Assembly (NCBI RefSeq): GCF_009914755.1
Contig: NC_060930.1
Length of the DNA: 64,000 bases
Strand: one strand, 5' to 3'
From: the human T2T-CHM13v2.0 reference genome, Homo sapiens
Positions 29,651 to 44,701 of the stretch are shown piece after piece. The notes beneath the pieces were generated by a model. The model had not been told where the DNA came from and made no database searches. It saw only the letters and a list, made by a program, of their open reading frames with translations. Every line of letters starts with the position of its first letter. The stretch's first letter is position 1. The translations under genes were made by a program, and so were the position numbers.

Positions 29651-32600
29651 TGAGGATTTTACCATAATTGAACAGTTTTTTATAATAAACATGAAAATAA
29701 ATTATTGTAAATGGTAAATTTACTTTTTATCTTTAAAATCTAAAATACATTCCTGCTTATCTCACTTACCCACAATGATCTCTCTACATGAAGATTAAAT
29801 TATTTGCATGTGACTTTTTAAAGATCAATTTTCATTTTAAAAATTGAAATTATCAGTATGCCACTAAAAATCTATGAATACAAATCCAAAACTTAAGAAC
29901 TTTTTCATTCCATAACACAATACTGATATTTTTGGTTGAAACAAAATATAAAAGGATCTCATACAAAGTATTCTGATTCAGCTCTGATCTCTTCTCTATA
30001 TTTGGCATTAAGGACAAGAGATGTCAAAGTTTCTAAAATTATAGTTTTTGCAAGAGAAAAGATGAAGAGGCCATCTGAAAATTACTGAACAATCAGAAAG
30101 CATTTTCTACTCAGTCCAAACAATTTGTGGAGGTAGCATACAACAGAGTTACCACAGTGTTGCGACTAAAATCTCTGGGAGCTGACAGCCTGGATATAAT
30201 TATTCTCTATGCCTTAGTTTCCTCACTTGGAAAAAGAAGTTTGTAATAGCACCCAGACCTCAGGGTCAGATATCAAACAATTTGAACCACATTATCACTG
30301 TGGTACATTCACAAAACAATGAACACATACTCTGTTGCTTCTCTTTCTTTCTCCTTTTCTAATATTTCCCAGTCCTACTTTGAACTAGTCTGGGCTTCCA
30401 TTGAGCCCAAGAAATGTAGAAAACCTATCTAAATGATGATATGATTCCTTTTATTTTTAAAGGTATATATGGATATGCAAATATTTGTTATTTAATTAAA
30501 GCAGTAAATCGCATGGGTATATACCACGTGTTTTATTAAACCAGTAATTGATCTTTATAATAACTAGACTGTAAATTCCTGGATTAGTATGCCTAATTTT
30601 ATTCTAGAAAGATTTTCCAGAATGAGATAGTAGATTCCTCAATGAAAAATAGTCCTAATAATAAACATGTTACCAAAGGAGAAACTAGTAACAGACTAAG
30701 CAGTTCAGTGACTTAATGACAAACCACAGCAAGTCAGAGCAGTGCTGGGGACAGCACAGAAATGGAATTCATGGACATATTCAAAAGATGTTACATACAA
30801 AAGCTCATTGCTCTCCGAAGATTATCAAATGTGATGACATAACATGGGAAGAGAGGATAAATCATGAAAACAACAGTGGGGAAAAAAGAAAGAAAGAAAA
30901 AACAACAAGTAAATCTACTATTCCCTCTTAGCATTCCAGACCATGACTACAGCCTTTTGGTCTGCACAGAACTAGTGAGGCACCAAACCTGATACTGACA
31001 ATTCCTTTTTGTTGTTCTTCTGTGTGTTTCTCCATGAAGGTGTAGCCCCTCACCTAATGGAAAGCAAGATGCAGTCTTTGCATTGAGCATTCTTTTCCAT
31101 TACAAAAATGAGGAACAGTTAAACAGGAAACAGACCCCAAGAAAGTTTGGTTTATATACAGTAACGTAGTCAGGGGCTAACTCTCTTGTAGAAGGGATTT
31201 CAGAATACCTCACTCCATTTACCACCATGTGAAATGAAATGCAGAACTTTCCACACTGCTAAAGCAAAATACCCTGTACATGATCTCCTCCTCGGTTAAT
31301 TACTCTGTCATTGTTTTGCCTCTTCAAAGGGAAGGGAAAATCAAATGCAGATTTGGCATTGTGTTGTTTGAAAAAAAAAAAAAAAAAAAAAACCTGGAAA
31401 GTCTCAAATGATGCAAAACAGAAAAGACAGTAGCTTCTTTGACCTTTGGAAATTTCCACTGTTCTTTTCATATCCATTGACATAAATGACTAAGCAGTTT
31501 AAGTGGCGTATGCACAGAACCCACTATAAAGTGAGTCTTTTACCATTAGTTTTACTAATAAAATGTTTCCTATGCACATTAAGATATATGTGCTTTTTTT
31601 TTTTTTTTTTTTACCAGACTTTTGATTTAGGACAAATAACACTAAAATTTCATTAGGAACCACTTAGCTCTAATTCAAAATATTCAATTATTTTATACCT
31701 AGTCACTACAAGTCAGGATTTGATTTTGATTTATCTAATAATGGTAACTATTATTAGATATATGTGGATTCAAAGAATCAGGAAAATCCCTGAATCGATA
31801 ATTGAGAGTTTAGAAATTTATATACTGCAAATTAGAAATTAACAAAACAATCAGTTGATACTGAATGATGCCAAATAAAAGGCTATATCAAAAGCTAATT
31901 GAGCAAAACTAGTCAAGTATAGTGTTATTAACAATGCCCACACAGAAACAAAATATGACAGTCTTTTAATCATTTCAAATTTGCCCTTGAAATCTAAATG
32001 TATACAATTTAGAATTGTTGTAGAATTATCTCTACAACTTTCTCTTCACTTATAATTCTTGAAATATTTTTCATTAAAAAGAATTTTGCTTCCATGTTTC
32101 AAAACTGTCTTGAAAGAGAACATCTTTTGTATCCTTATAGATATGCAAGGCACATGATAAAATGCAGTGTCATTGTGGAATGTCTTCATCCATATTGCAA
32201 CTGTTCTTTGCCTTCCTCTGTAATCTTTCTTGGTTATGTACAAAGAGTATGACCATCAAAAGGATAATAAATGGCCTCTGCCACTGGGGTGTGTAATATG
32301 TATAGTGGGAATTGATTTGTTGGTTATGAAGGAAGCCATAGAGCACACAGATCACTGCAAAATCACATTGAGGCCAGCAGCTACTTCTCAGTTCATGCGG
32401 ACATCTCCTCTGTTGCTCACAGGGTGAGCTGCCAGAGGGTGAGAAGAATGGTAAGGTCATCCAGTATTCAGCTATTAAATGAAACCTATTTCTCTGAACT
32501 TTAGCCACATTTCAAATGACACACATATATCCACCTTCCATGCCCACTCCTAATAAAGACCTGAAATCAAACAAGATTTCTATGATCCATCCATGTAATC

Positions 32601-33417
32601 ATAATAAAAAAAGACCAAAATTGCTTTGGAAAAAATAAAAGAGAATGCATAAAAAAGAGAATGCATTCTTAAACTACTCTCTTCCACAGTTAACAAGAAT
32701 CCTTAGGAATTAGGAATTTGGATAAAACAAAGAGCCACCACTCATCAATTATGCATAATAATTCTTATTTAAAAATCACTACCAATAGATGGCACTAAAA
32801 ATTTCCATATTCCTTTCTTTTGGCATAACCAAACATACTCTGGTTGTAGCATTTTTAAAAAATTAAGGTGCTTTTTTCATTATAATCATCTATAACTAAT
32901 TATTTTATTTAGGTACTTATTATTTTCTTTTCTACCATATCCCACTCATCAGCAAGTTTTTGAGCATGGATATCCTCAGTGACTTCTGAGGCTTTCTAAG
33001 ACTTAATAGTCACCTTTTCAGGGAGTCATTATCATGAAAATATCAAAGAAACATGCATCCATCATATCATGTCACTGTTGGAGAAGGCCTTATTATATTC
33101 CCTCAGCATTCCCTTCTCCGGAGGCTGAACTAAAGCCTAAATAAGTTAAGTCACTTGCCTAAGTAACAGTTACTGGTAACAAAGAATTTTTAAACTAGTG
33201 TCGCCTGCTTTTTCGTGAGGACTCTTCATCAGTCAGCTACTGAATCACTTTAGCAAGAAACCCAATGACCAAGAAACTCTAGCCTGATTGAAAGTGAGCC
33301 ATCTTTATCTAGAACCCAGGTAAAGAAAGCATTTCTTCCTTTGTAGAAGCCGGTTGAATTGGGTATAACTTATTCAACAGATTATCAGTAAATGAATATC
33401 AGGCTTTATGATAGTGA

Positions 33418-33938
33418 AGTTGGCAGAATAATGGCCCCCATATAGTCTGTGCCTTAATTCCTGGAATCTGTGATTATGTGAAATTATATGGCAAAGGGAA
33501 ATTAAGTAGCAGATGGAATTAAAGTTGCTAACTGCTGGGCTTAAAATATGAAAAGCATTCTGGAATATTCAGCCAAGCCCAATGTAATCACAAAGGTTCT
33601 TTAAAAAAAAATGGAAGAAGGAAGCAGAAGAGACAGAGTGAAAACACAAGAAAGAGCCAGAAAAAGGGTAGTGTGAGAAGGATGGTGCAAATTGGTTGTC
33701 TTTGAACATGGAGATGATCTGAGGCCTGAAGACAGACTCTAGAGGCTGGAAAAGGCAAGGAAACTGAGCATCCTCTGGAGGCTCCAGAAAGAAGGCAGTC
33801 CTGCTGACACCTTGACTTTAGCCCAATGGGACACACTGCAGACTTCTGATGTCCAGAATTGTAAAATAACAAATGTGTGTTGCTTTAAGTCACAAGTTGG
33901 TAGTCATTTGTTCCAGCAGCAAGAGATTGCTAATATAG
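33418..33938 (+). mobile_element. MLT1 (MLT1D-like) MaLR LTR
   Basis: ggcagaataatggcccc...ctgctgacaccttgactttagccca...gacttctgatgtccagaattgtaa. Confidence 0.8.
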
Positions 33939-34704
33939 ATGAGCTGTGAATTCCCACCATTTGATTCCCACCATTGAATAACACCCCCACTCACCCACAG
34001 AATTTTTCATCCATTTGTAGAGACAGATGAGTGTAGAAAAATAAAACACAGAGCTAAAATCCAGTGATAAGTGCTTTAGTGTTGTACTGAATACTATGAA
34101 AAAACATATAGAATAGACCTATCTCCAACTTAGCCAGAGAAGTCTTCTCTTATGAGCTTTATAAGGTAAAGAGGAATTAGACAAATGGGTAGGAAAACTG
34201 GGAAGGCATTCCAACACTATGCAGCTTTCAGAAGAAAAAGTCCTGTCTCTAAAACTGAAAATAAATGGAACTGGCTGGTGAAAGTCCAAGTAGGAGAAGA
34301 TGGTTCCAGAATGTGAAGCTGGAGAGGTAGGTGGGAACTACTGGGAAGAGACCTGGCCAGTTTATGCCATATAAAGGAGTTTGGACATTGTCCCAACACC
34401 ATCAGCAGACTGAATTTTTCTTCCCTTGGGGATGGGGAGGAATATTATGCTTGTATTTTTGAAACATTGCTCTGGCTGAAGAATAAATAAAGGTTTGGGA
34501 GGGTCCATACTAAAGGACAGAAAGCATGGTGACCTACATCAATGATTTATCAGTAATGCCCGACCAGGGGCAGAACTCCGGAGTCTTCAGACATGTGGTT
34601 GTGGGTGTTCCTTGTTGTCACAGTAACATGAAAGTTGGCTAAGACACTAAGTTTCCTGAAATAAGAATGGAAGTCTCAGACAAGGAAGAACTCTTTTGTC
34701 CCCA

Positions 34705-35095
34705 TGTTAGTTTCTTAGGGCTGCTGTAACCACAGCATGAGTGGCTTCAAACAACGGAAATTTATTCTCTCACAGTTCTGGAGGCTAGAAGTCTTAAGTC
34801 AAAGTGCTGGTAGGGCGATGGTCCCTTCAAAGCTTCTTGGGGAGGATTCTTCCTTGCTTCCTCCAGCTTCTGGTAGCCCCCAGCACTCCTTGGCTTATAG
34901 CAGCATACCACTAATTTCTGCTTCAGTCTTCACATGGCTGTCTTCCTCTGCATGTCTGTGTCCCCACACATAAGAGCACCAGCCATATTGGATAAAGGGC
35001 CCACCCTACTCCAGTATGGCCTCATCTTAACTTACATTCACAATGACTCTATTTCCAGATAAGGTCACATTCTGAGATAATGTGGGTTAGGACTT

Positions 35096-35151
<56 letters not shown>

Positions 35152-35190
35152 CGGGGGTGGGGCAGGGAACACAATTTAATCCCTAACAGT
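34705..35190 (-). mobile_element. MLT1B/C-like LTR with (TA)n(T)n at 35101-35150, flanked by L2 fragments
   Basis: ttagtttcttagggctgctgtaac...tttattctctcacagttctggaggctagaagtc. Confidence 0.8.
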
Positions 35191-38100
35191 CCCAAACGTG
35201 AACAGCAGTGCTTTTGAAGAAAAGAGAATTCAACTGGTGTTAGAACAGAGATAAGGGAGTGTACTCCAGAGAAGTCTGACTACTATGGACAGGATGTGGA
35301 GACTGAATATGAGAGCGGAAAGAAAAGATTCAGAAAGGGTTCCAAAGTTTCTGGTTCTGGTAGCTTACCCAATGGTGACTGAATAGAGGACATATTAGAA
35401 AAACATCATTGGTTGGGGGCTGGAGAAGATGAGGAAAAAGATAAGCTCATATTGACCTTCTTATAGAAAATGGCAGTGGAATATCCCAGAGAATTTTCCC
35501 AATTGTCAGTTTTACTTATGGAAGTGGAGTTTAAGAGATGTCAGGACTGGAAATACAATTTGAAGCCATATGCATGATCACAAGAAGCAATCAGAATGGT
35601 GTGAAAATTACCTGAAATTTAAAAAATTATAAAACTGTTGGTGACTAGTATGATATACATTTTCTCTTCTGATGGAATTTACTATATTGCTGGAGCAATT
35701 GACACTCCAGCACCCCTTGAAGCGATTCTTTTTCCATATGCTGCCTGATGGCTGAAAACCCACTTAATCAGGAAAGAACGCACCTCCACTCACTTCTCCG
35801 AAAAAGTTTATGAATAAGAGTTTTTAAGCTGAGAGAGAGTATTTGATATAGACAATACTACTGATGTAATAATAGCAGCTATTATGCATTGAATACACTA
35901 TGCACTGGGAGCTTTTCATAAATATATCTAATTTACAGGGACAGTCTGGAGGACATGTGGCACTGTACTCATTTTACAGATGAGGAAACAACTAAGAAAG
36001 TTCAATTTACTTGCTTTAGATCATTCAGCTATTAAGAGACAGATCAAGACCAGAAGCTAGATTTAAACGTGATTTTTGTCTGATGCCAAAACCTGTGCAT
36101 TTCGACAACTCATGCCGCATTTAACTACATGGGGGTTGGTAGGGATGGCAGGAAGGAGGTATACAACCCACTCACATACACACAGAACTCAGTTAAAATG
36201 CAAACTGATGTTCATGAGGTAGTGACTCTGCTCTGTGAAGGCAGGAACTGTCTGTCTTGCTCACTGCTATGTTCCCAGGTGCTAGCACCATGCCTCCTGC
36301 ATTGCAGGTGCTTGAAAATGAACATGTACTAAATGAATACATTTTTAGAATAAGTGGGTTTCCAAACGGCTTCAGTTAAAACTATGATCTGCTTCTGCCT
36401 ATTCCTATAATTTACCATTTCAATATTCATAAAGCCCATGCCAATGTACGTGCTTGGTACCTAAGAAATTTGAAAGCCACCATTGGGATTTTCTAAATGG
36501 CTTCTGAAGAAAGGTACAACAGGATATCATTATGTGATGCGGCTCGTATGACCCTCTTTGGGCAAGTTCATTGTGACACCATGTTTAAAAGAAAATGAGG
36601 TAAAATACATCAAGATAAGGAAGCACTTATTTGGAAAGAAGGAGCATTAATCAAAAATAAGTTATGACAATACTATAATCGTGTGTTGATATTAGATAAA
36701 TATTAACATATTAATTATAAATGACATCAGTTTCATTTTTTAACAAAAGTATTAAAATGCTCCAATCTTTTATTGTTTTTGTCTTAATTTCAAGTATTTC
36801 TGTGAAATGTGTATCTTCTTACATAGGGATCTGTACATATATATTTGCCAAAATGTTCTGGATAAAATTGTTATCCGTTCTCTCAACTTTTAGAAAACCT
36901 GATGAAAAGAAAAACTTCACAACTTTATTATGATGTTGACATTTTTAAACTGGACATTTCCCCTTAAAATTGTGTCTCCTTGGTCAACATGGCTATTATA
37001 TTTTTAATATAACAAATTGCACTTTTAACAGGTTTAATTCAATTTACAACAAATGCCTCTAATTAAGTTAAAAGATCTTTGAAAATTGCTAAATCTTAGG
37101 GGTAATATTACCACTACTGACATTGAAATAATTGATCATTCCCACTGAGGCACAAAAGTATAAATGTTCTAATGAGAAAACAGCGATTGAAGTATGTTGA
37201 AGGAATCCAAAGAGACTCCAAACTCTTTAGGCTGTTATTTCCAATGACAGTCTCTGAATGGGAGAGAGAAGCTTTGGAGGGGGCAGGGAACGATGAAACT
37301 TATCACACAGTATAAAAAGAAAATTGAAAGCAAACTTCACCACTTGAAGCAAAGGATGCCAAAGTCTGTTTGCCTTTTCGCAAATATATTTTTTGAAATT
37401 CAATGTGTGTTGTATGTATCTGTTTTAGAATGTTAATTTTGCCATCTGAAAATAACATTTTCCTTAACATTCCCTAGTAAATACTGGGTGCAATATTTGA
37501 ATGCAGTTATTTTTCCAAGAGAAATTTTCTTAGAGTCAAAAATGAATAAATATAGGGGCAGTGCTTTATGATAATTAAGATGTACGAAAACTAAGGACAA
37601 CAATTGTCCCTGACTTAACAACAATAGCAAAGCGGGAAGCAGAAATGGATGACTTTTGTCACAGTTATTATCACAGCTTACCTTCTGGCTTCGGGAAGTG
37701 ACTTAGCTTTGCAGCTAGTCTGTTAGAAAGAAGGAGAACATTTACCTTGCTGGTATTTGCCTGGCCTAATTAGTTAAAATGTTTACAAAGCACTTCATAA
37801 GTGAAAATAGCTAAACACTTTATGCATAATGGGAGTTTTATTAATAATTGGAACAATAATGTAAAAGCAGTTAGCTTTGAAAACAATTACATTGATGAGC
37901 TGTGTGATAATGCGTAAACAGAACAGTATAAGAAAAAAAAGAAAAATAACTTCACAGCTTAGCCAGAAGCATGCCATCAGGAGCCTCCCAGACACATAAG
38001 GCTGCCCACACTGAAGGACGAAGGAAGGCAGGGCTATGTACAGGCTGACAGCAGAGATTCCGGCTTAAATTTTTGCTCTTCTATCTACAGTTTTGTGATA

Positions 38101-39153
38101 TTTCATAAATTATCTAGTCCCTGGGCCTCAAATGCCTTCTACAAAAACAAGAGATTATACTGTCTACCACTTCAAATTATTATGAGGATCAAACAAGAGA
38201 ATATGTCAGATTCCCAGGAAGGCACATGCCACTTTTAAAGAACTGCTTATTATACGAAGCTGAGAGGTCACTAACTAGTCAAAGAAAGTACTTTTGAATC
38301 ATAAAATTAGTTTTTCATTGTGTAGTCACCATTGCAGGCAATGGAAAATACAGTTCAGTGAAAAGAATCACATTATCATTCTAACAGCATCTATAAGTAG
38401 CTCAGACATCGAAATCAAGAAACAAAGGACATAGCTTGATCTCTTCTTTGTTTCCTTCCTGAAACCATAGTTTGGATTGTATCTATTAGATAAACAGGTG
38501 TTTGGCAGTAAGGAGTCCAAATTTAGAAATGCAACCCAAACCATTGACAATATCAGATATGTTGAAAACAGTAGAAAGAGAAAAATATACGCAGTCTATA
38601 TGAGTTCAAACAGGAGGTTGATAAATTTATTTTGTGTAGAATAAACTCTAACACTCAGACTTTCTTGTGGGATCAAGTTTAATTTTGCTTTTTCTAGCAA
38701 AATGTGGACATCTGTCAAATACAATATGGGTCTGACATCTTATCCTGACATAACAGTGTAATTCAGATATAACTCAGATTAAAATGAAAATGAAGACAAA
38801 TGAGGAAAAAGCAATAATTGAGTGTTGACAAGAAGTCGAAGGGTAGCAGCCCCGCTATGCTGTCAGTGTCTGGAGTAATGGTACTCATAGTACTGCTCAG
38901 GAAGGCATAGCTCAACTGAATTGATTTGAATTGAAAATGCACATAGCATAAAGAATGAGCTGTATTTAGCAGTATACGTAATATGTACATATATGACATA
39001 TACATATCTATTTGATGAATACAGTGTCAAAAGAAAAATGTATAGCAGAGTTTTAAAAGTATAAATTTTTAAAATCAGATGGAACTGGGTTTGAATATTA
39101 ACCCCATCACAAAGTAGCTATAGAAACCTGAGTAAAGTACTTAACTTCTCTAA

Positions 39154-39477
<324 letters not shown>

Positions 39478-39517
39478 GATTATACCTATTTTAAAGGTTC
39501 ATGGAGAAATGTAAAGG

Positions 39518-39815
39518 AGCCCAGGTGTGGTGGCTCTTGCCTGTAATCCCAGCACTTTGGGAGGCCCTGGTGGAAGGATCACTTGGGGCCAGTAGTTGGA
39601 GACTAGCCTGGGCCACATGGTGAAACCCCATCTCTGCAAAACATACAAATATTAGCCAGGCATGGTGGCCCATGTATGTAATCCCAACTATTCATGAGGT
39701 TGACCTGGAAGGATTGCTTGAGCCAGGAATTCAAGGCTGCAGTGAGCTGTGATTGCACCGCTACCCTCTTGCCTGTGTGACAGAGCGAAACCCTATCTCA
39801 AAAAAAAAAAAAAAA
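39518..39815 (+). mobile_element. AluJ
   Basis: Diverged Alu with J-type features (ggattgcttgagccaggaattcaaggctgcagtgagctgtgatt). Confidence 0.9.
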
Positions 39816-41199
39816 GAAAGAAATGAAAACAGAATACATGTAAAGCTATTAGCATAATATTTGTCTCACAGTAAGTGCTCAGTTAATATTAGCCAAATAG
39901 AATTATTCTGATTTTTGTCACCACCATTATTATTAATAACCATGATGGCAGCATTTTCTAAACAAATAATGGAAATAATTTGAATTCCACTCTCTTCTAG
40001 TTTCTTACAAGGAGGTGTCCTTGCTATAGAAATAAGATTTAAATCCTTCCAATTATGTCAAGAGAACTTTTAGTAATTATTAATCCATATCTTCTTTTAA
40101 GACTTCTAAAGACCCAAAATAGAGAAAAATATGTCTTCATAATTTAATGCAACAAAATACATAATATATTAATTATTTTGCTTTCCAATTTAATCCTGAG
40201 TTGTTTTATTTAGTCACCTATTATAAAAAGTAATTTGTGTTGATAGCTCTGAGGAAATCTAGAAATTAAAGAGCTAATTAAATTCTTTCTCAGTAATTTT
40301 TGAGTCTCTGTATCAATATATGTGTGCTCACACGTTCAAACATCCATGAATAGCCAAGCACTGCAGGATGTTTCTGGAAATTGACCTTCCATGATGTCTA
40401 CTTTGACTAACCCTTTCCTCTGGGCAAACATACCTAACCTTTAAGCCACATTTTCAAAGGAATCATAGATCATGCACCTCATAGAACTGAACTAGAATGT
40501 CAGAAATTATGATCAAGATAGGAAAGAGAAGTAATGAGAAGCTGACCTATTTTGCTGTGAATTTACTGTGGATGGAAGATCTCAAGGAAGTTTTTACTTT
40601 CTTAACTAAAATAATAATAATAAAAAATACCCTGTAAAATATTTAAATAATGGTCCCATTTCCATAAATAGTTTGGCATCTTCAAAGTTATATTTAAATA
40701 GTATTTTTATAATTTACCTGCATATTTAAGAAAATGAGTTTTTAAAACATATCATGAAATCAATATAAAGAAGCTATAACTGGTGTGATAATTCTAGAAT
40801 TTCACCCTGAAACAAAAATATCATCATAATTTGCAAAATCCTTTGTTAATTTAATTCCGTGTATGTACTCCTATATTTCAACAAAGGTGCTATTTTTTTT
40901 CACCTGGGGCTCCGATATATATAAATAACAGCAAATCTCTTATTTTTAAATGTAACTCATTAGTTTCTCGATCTTTCATGTTTTTACATATGCATTTATC
41001 AAAGTATACATCAGTAAATCTTAAAATCTAAGCCTAAAATTATATTTAAGATTTAAATTTTAAATTCCAAAGCATGTAAAATTTAGTGAATATAAAATTT
41101 ACTGAAGCACTCTTATTCAAACGGGACAAAAATCTGGGAACATGATGCTGATTAGAATAGCAAGGTAAACATAAGCCACAGAAATGTTGAGCTCTCTCC

Positions 41200-42627
41200 T
41201 ACTATGTAATTGTCTTCTCAGAGGCAAAGTCGAATGCAGGAGGTCTCTTGAGGAGAGATTATGAGAGCTGTACCTGTCATGAAGGGAAGAAGGTAGAACT
41301 GAGCAGAAGGAGAACCTGACCCACAAGGCCTTTGCTGATGATGTAGAGTTAGAGTGGCCCTTCATATTGTCCCGAAATAAGGCAAGGGGAGCAGGTCTTT
41401 GTGTTTCCACATTAGTCATCAGCTATGAGTTGCCCTATGAGAAGGGCACAATTTGGATGAGAAAATTTCCTATGACCAAGGAGAATTCCCAAAGAGGCCC
41501 TCAGGTGTCAGCCATCCACGACCAATATTCCCAGCAACTGAAGGATGGGGGCTGGGTCTGAGTGAAACATGACAGTATCCATCATAGTCCACCCATTGTG
41601 CCACTCAGATCCGCTTGCTTCATATAGTAAATTAACACCATCTGGAAACTGTTCCTCCAGGATTCTGGTCAGCCTTGTTTCCTGGGAAACTTAGTGGAGA
41701 AGGGTGAGTGGGGACAATGGCACCCTGAGATGTACTGCCACCATACAACTGCTGCAGTTGATCTCGAGGTTAACATTGACATTCTTTATCACCCTCCTCC
41801 ACCGTACTTAACCTGTAGTAGCACTTCTGCTGGTCTACATGTCTTGCTTGTTGAGATATTCTCATCTTCATGCCCTGAAGGTCTGAGTTCTAGACAGTGT
41901 GACCCTCCCAGGCTTCGGCTCCCTTCTGTGTCCACTGACAGTTAAAGCCAGACATGAGGACCAGAAGAAGCCCCAGATGGATCACCTGCGAACCAAACCT
42001 ATTTTCCCCTGTTCCCATTGTGTAGTAGCAGCTCCACCTCCCACCAAAGATAAGAAATAATTAACCTTGACAATAATGTGACTCCTTTCCTTGACTGCTG
42101 GTCTCTTGGCATAAGGAGCCTGAGATGACCTGGTGGTGGCTATGCCTTAATGTCCTGCGTCCTGAGATGGAAATGGTTTCTTTCTGCAAAGCAAGGCCTC
42201 CAGAATTCTACAGCCTCAAAATTGTTGGGTTAGAAAACAAATTCCCCATGTGGGTCACTAGGAGTCATTTTAAGTGAGGCCCTTTCCATTTCTAGCTCTT
42301 GCCTGCCAATTATTCTATGTACTGGGACCATCCCATATTATGGTTACAGATTTAGTGTATGTTGGGCTCCCCAACCTTCCAAGGTAATATATTCAATCCA
42401 GTGACTGAGCTGAACTTCCAAGAGGCGATTTCACCAGTCTATCAGGTTGGAAGCATATGGAGGGTGGGAAATATACTAAGATTAGTGGATCATGGTACCA
42501 CTGCTGCATCTCCTTTGGAATACAATGAGCCTCTTGTTCTGAGGCAGTCTTGCACAGCATTCTGGCTGAAGGGACCAAACACTCTGTAAATTGTCAGACA
42601 GTGTACTGGCCATGGCCTAGTTGGCAA
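41200..42627 (-). mobile_element. Old ERVL-class LTR plus internal sequence, resuming at about 49078-49990 after HERV9
   Basis: An LTR16/33-like antisense segment is followed by degenerate ERVL-like internal sequence. Similar sequence lies on the far side of the provirus. Confidence 0.55.
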
Positions 42628-43355
42628 TGAGAGGTGAAGCCGGCTGAGCTTCTGGGTCAGGTGGGGACTTGGAGAACTTTTCTGTCTAGCTAAAGGATTG
42701 TAAACGCACCAATCAGTGCTCTGTGTCTAGCTAAAGGTTTGTAAATGCACCAATCAGCGCTCTGTGTCTAGCTAACGGTTTGCAAATGCACTGATCAGCA
42801 CTCTGTAAAAACGCACCAATCAGCACTCTGTAAAATAGACCAATCAGCACTCTGTAAAATGGACCAATCAGCAGGACATTGGCAGGGCCAAATTAGGGAA
42901 TAAAAGCTGGCCACCCGAGCCAGCAGCGGCAACCCACTCAGGTCCCCTTCCACACTGTGGAAGCTTTGTTCTTTGCTCTTTGCAATAAATCTTGCTGCTG
43001 CTCATGCTTTGGGTTTGCACTACTTTTATGAGTTGTAACACTCACCGCGAAGGTCTGCAGCTTCACTCCTGAAGCCAGCGAGACCACGAACCCACAGGGA
43101 GGAAAAAACAACTCCGGACGCACCACCTTTAAGAGCTGTAACACTCACTGTGAAGGTCTGCAGCTTCACTCCTGAAGTCAGCAAGATCATGAACCCACCA
43201 GAAGGAAGAAACTCCAGACACATCTGAACATCTGAAGGAAGAAACTCCGGACACACCATCTTTAAGAACTGTAACACTCACTGCACGGGTCTGCGGCTTC
43301 ATTCTTGAAGTCAGTGAGACCAAGAACCCACCGGAAGGAACCAATTCTGGACACA
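42628..43355 (+). promoter_or_regulatory. 5' LTR12 with tandem CCAAT (NF-Y) enhancer repeats
   Basis: It runs TGAGAGGTGAAGCC...GGACACA, with repeated caccaatcagc units and two AATAAA motifs. Confidence 0.92.
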
Positions 43356-43358
43356 TTT

Positions 43359-43376
43359 TGGCAACCACGAAGGGAC
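43359..43376 (+). promoter_or_regulatory. Primer-binding site for tRNA-Arg
   Basis: TGGCAACCACGAAGGGAC is one mismatch from the complement of a tRNA-Arg 3' end (TGGCGACCACGAAGGGAC). Confidence 0.85.
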
Positions 43377-44420
43377 CATCGCCTATTGCCAAGTGGTGAG
43401 TACCACCGGAACCCTTTCACTTGCTATTCTGTCCTATTTTTCCTTAGAATGTGGGGGCTGAATACCGGGCACCTGTCGGCCAGTTAAAAGTGACTAGCGC
43501 GGCCGCCGGACTAAAGACATGGATGTCAGGCTTTCTGGGAAAGGGCTCTCTAATAAACCCCAACTCTTCGAGTTGGGAGCATTGGCTTGCCTGGAACCAG
43601 CTTCCACTTTTCCTGTACTTCTGGGCTAAGCCAAGGGTCGACAAAGGGGAAAGCCACTCGGCTCTGGGGTCCCGACAACAAGTTGGTTGACCCTGCAGCC
43701 ATGAGCAGAACTCTCAAAGTCATGTCACCCAAGCGAGACTTGTCCATCTATCCTATCTATCCTAACCCTTGCCTCCTGGGTCCTAATGCCTATCAGACAA
43801 ACTTCTTCTCTCCTCTCTTCTCCGAGGCTAGTCCCACTTCTAAAAACCACTCCCTGTCTCTGGTGCTTTTCTAGTTTCTCCTATAAGAGTGATTTCTAGT
43901 ATAAACTCCAGGACTCTGTTACCTTCTTTAGGCACCTCGGCTCACCAATCAGAAAGACATAATTTTTGCCCAAAGCCCCATCATGGGGTGACTATCTGGA
44001 ATTTTAGGATCCCTCCTCAGACAAGCAGGCCTAACAAAAGCTATTCCTGAAGCTAGGATATGGGGAGCCTCAGCAATTGTATCTTGCCTATTCATACAAG
44101 TGAGGACAGTGAGGACAAAATGCTTCACTCTTCCAACTCCGGAGATCCCTCCCCTCCGTCAGGGTATGGCCCTCCACTTCAATTTTGGGGCATAACATCT
44201 TTATAGGACAGGGCTAAAGTCCCAATACTAACAGGAGAATGCCTAGTACTCTAACAGGTTTTCGAGAATACATTGGTAATGGCCACTAAATCTGATTTTT
44301 CTCAGTCCTCTTTGTGGTCTAGGAGGATAGGCAAGGGTGCAGGTTTTCGAGAATGCATCAGTAAGGACCACTAAATCCGACCTGCCTCAGTCCTCCTTGT
44401 GGTCTAGGAGGAAAACTAGT

Positions 44421-44650
44421 GTTTCTGCTGCTGTGTCGGTGAGCACAACTATTCTGATCAGCAGGGTCCAGGGACTGTTGTGAGTTCTTTGGCAAGAGGT
44501 GTTTCTGCTGCTGCATCAGTGAGTGCAACTATTCCGATCAGCAGGGTCCAGGGACTGTTGTGAGTTCTTTGGCAAGAGGTGTTTCTGCTTCTGCATCAGT
44601 GAGCGCAACTATTCTGATCAGCAGGGTCCAGGGACTGTTGTAGGTTCTCG
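44421..44650 (+). repeat. Three 80-bp tandem units in the HERV9 leader
   Basis: gtttctgct...gatcagcagggtccagggactgttg recurs at 44421, 44501 and 44581. Confidence 0.9.
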
Positions 44651-44701
44651 GGCAGGGGGAGAAACAAACAAACCAAAACTGCGGGCAATTTTGTCTTTCA
44701 G

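Noticed and set aside
29765-29790. Donor GG|gtaagt upstream of exon A
   Set aside because: The required frame hits TAG 14 nt upstream and there is no polypyrimidine tract.
32046-32508. Overlapping short ORFs as an upstream exon
   Set aside because: There is no recognisable homology and the splice signals are weak.
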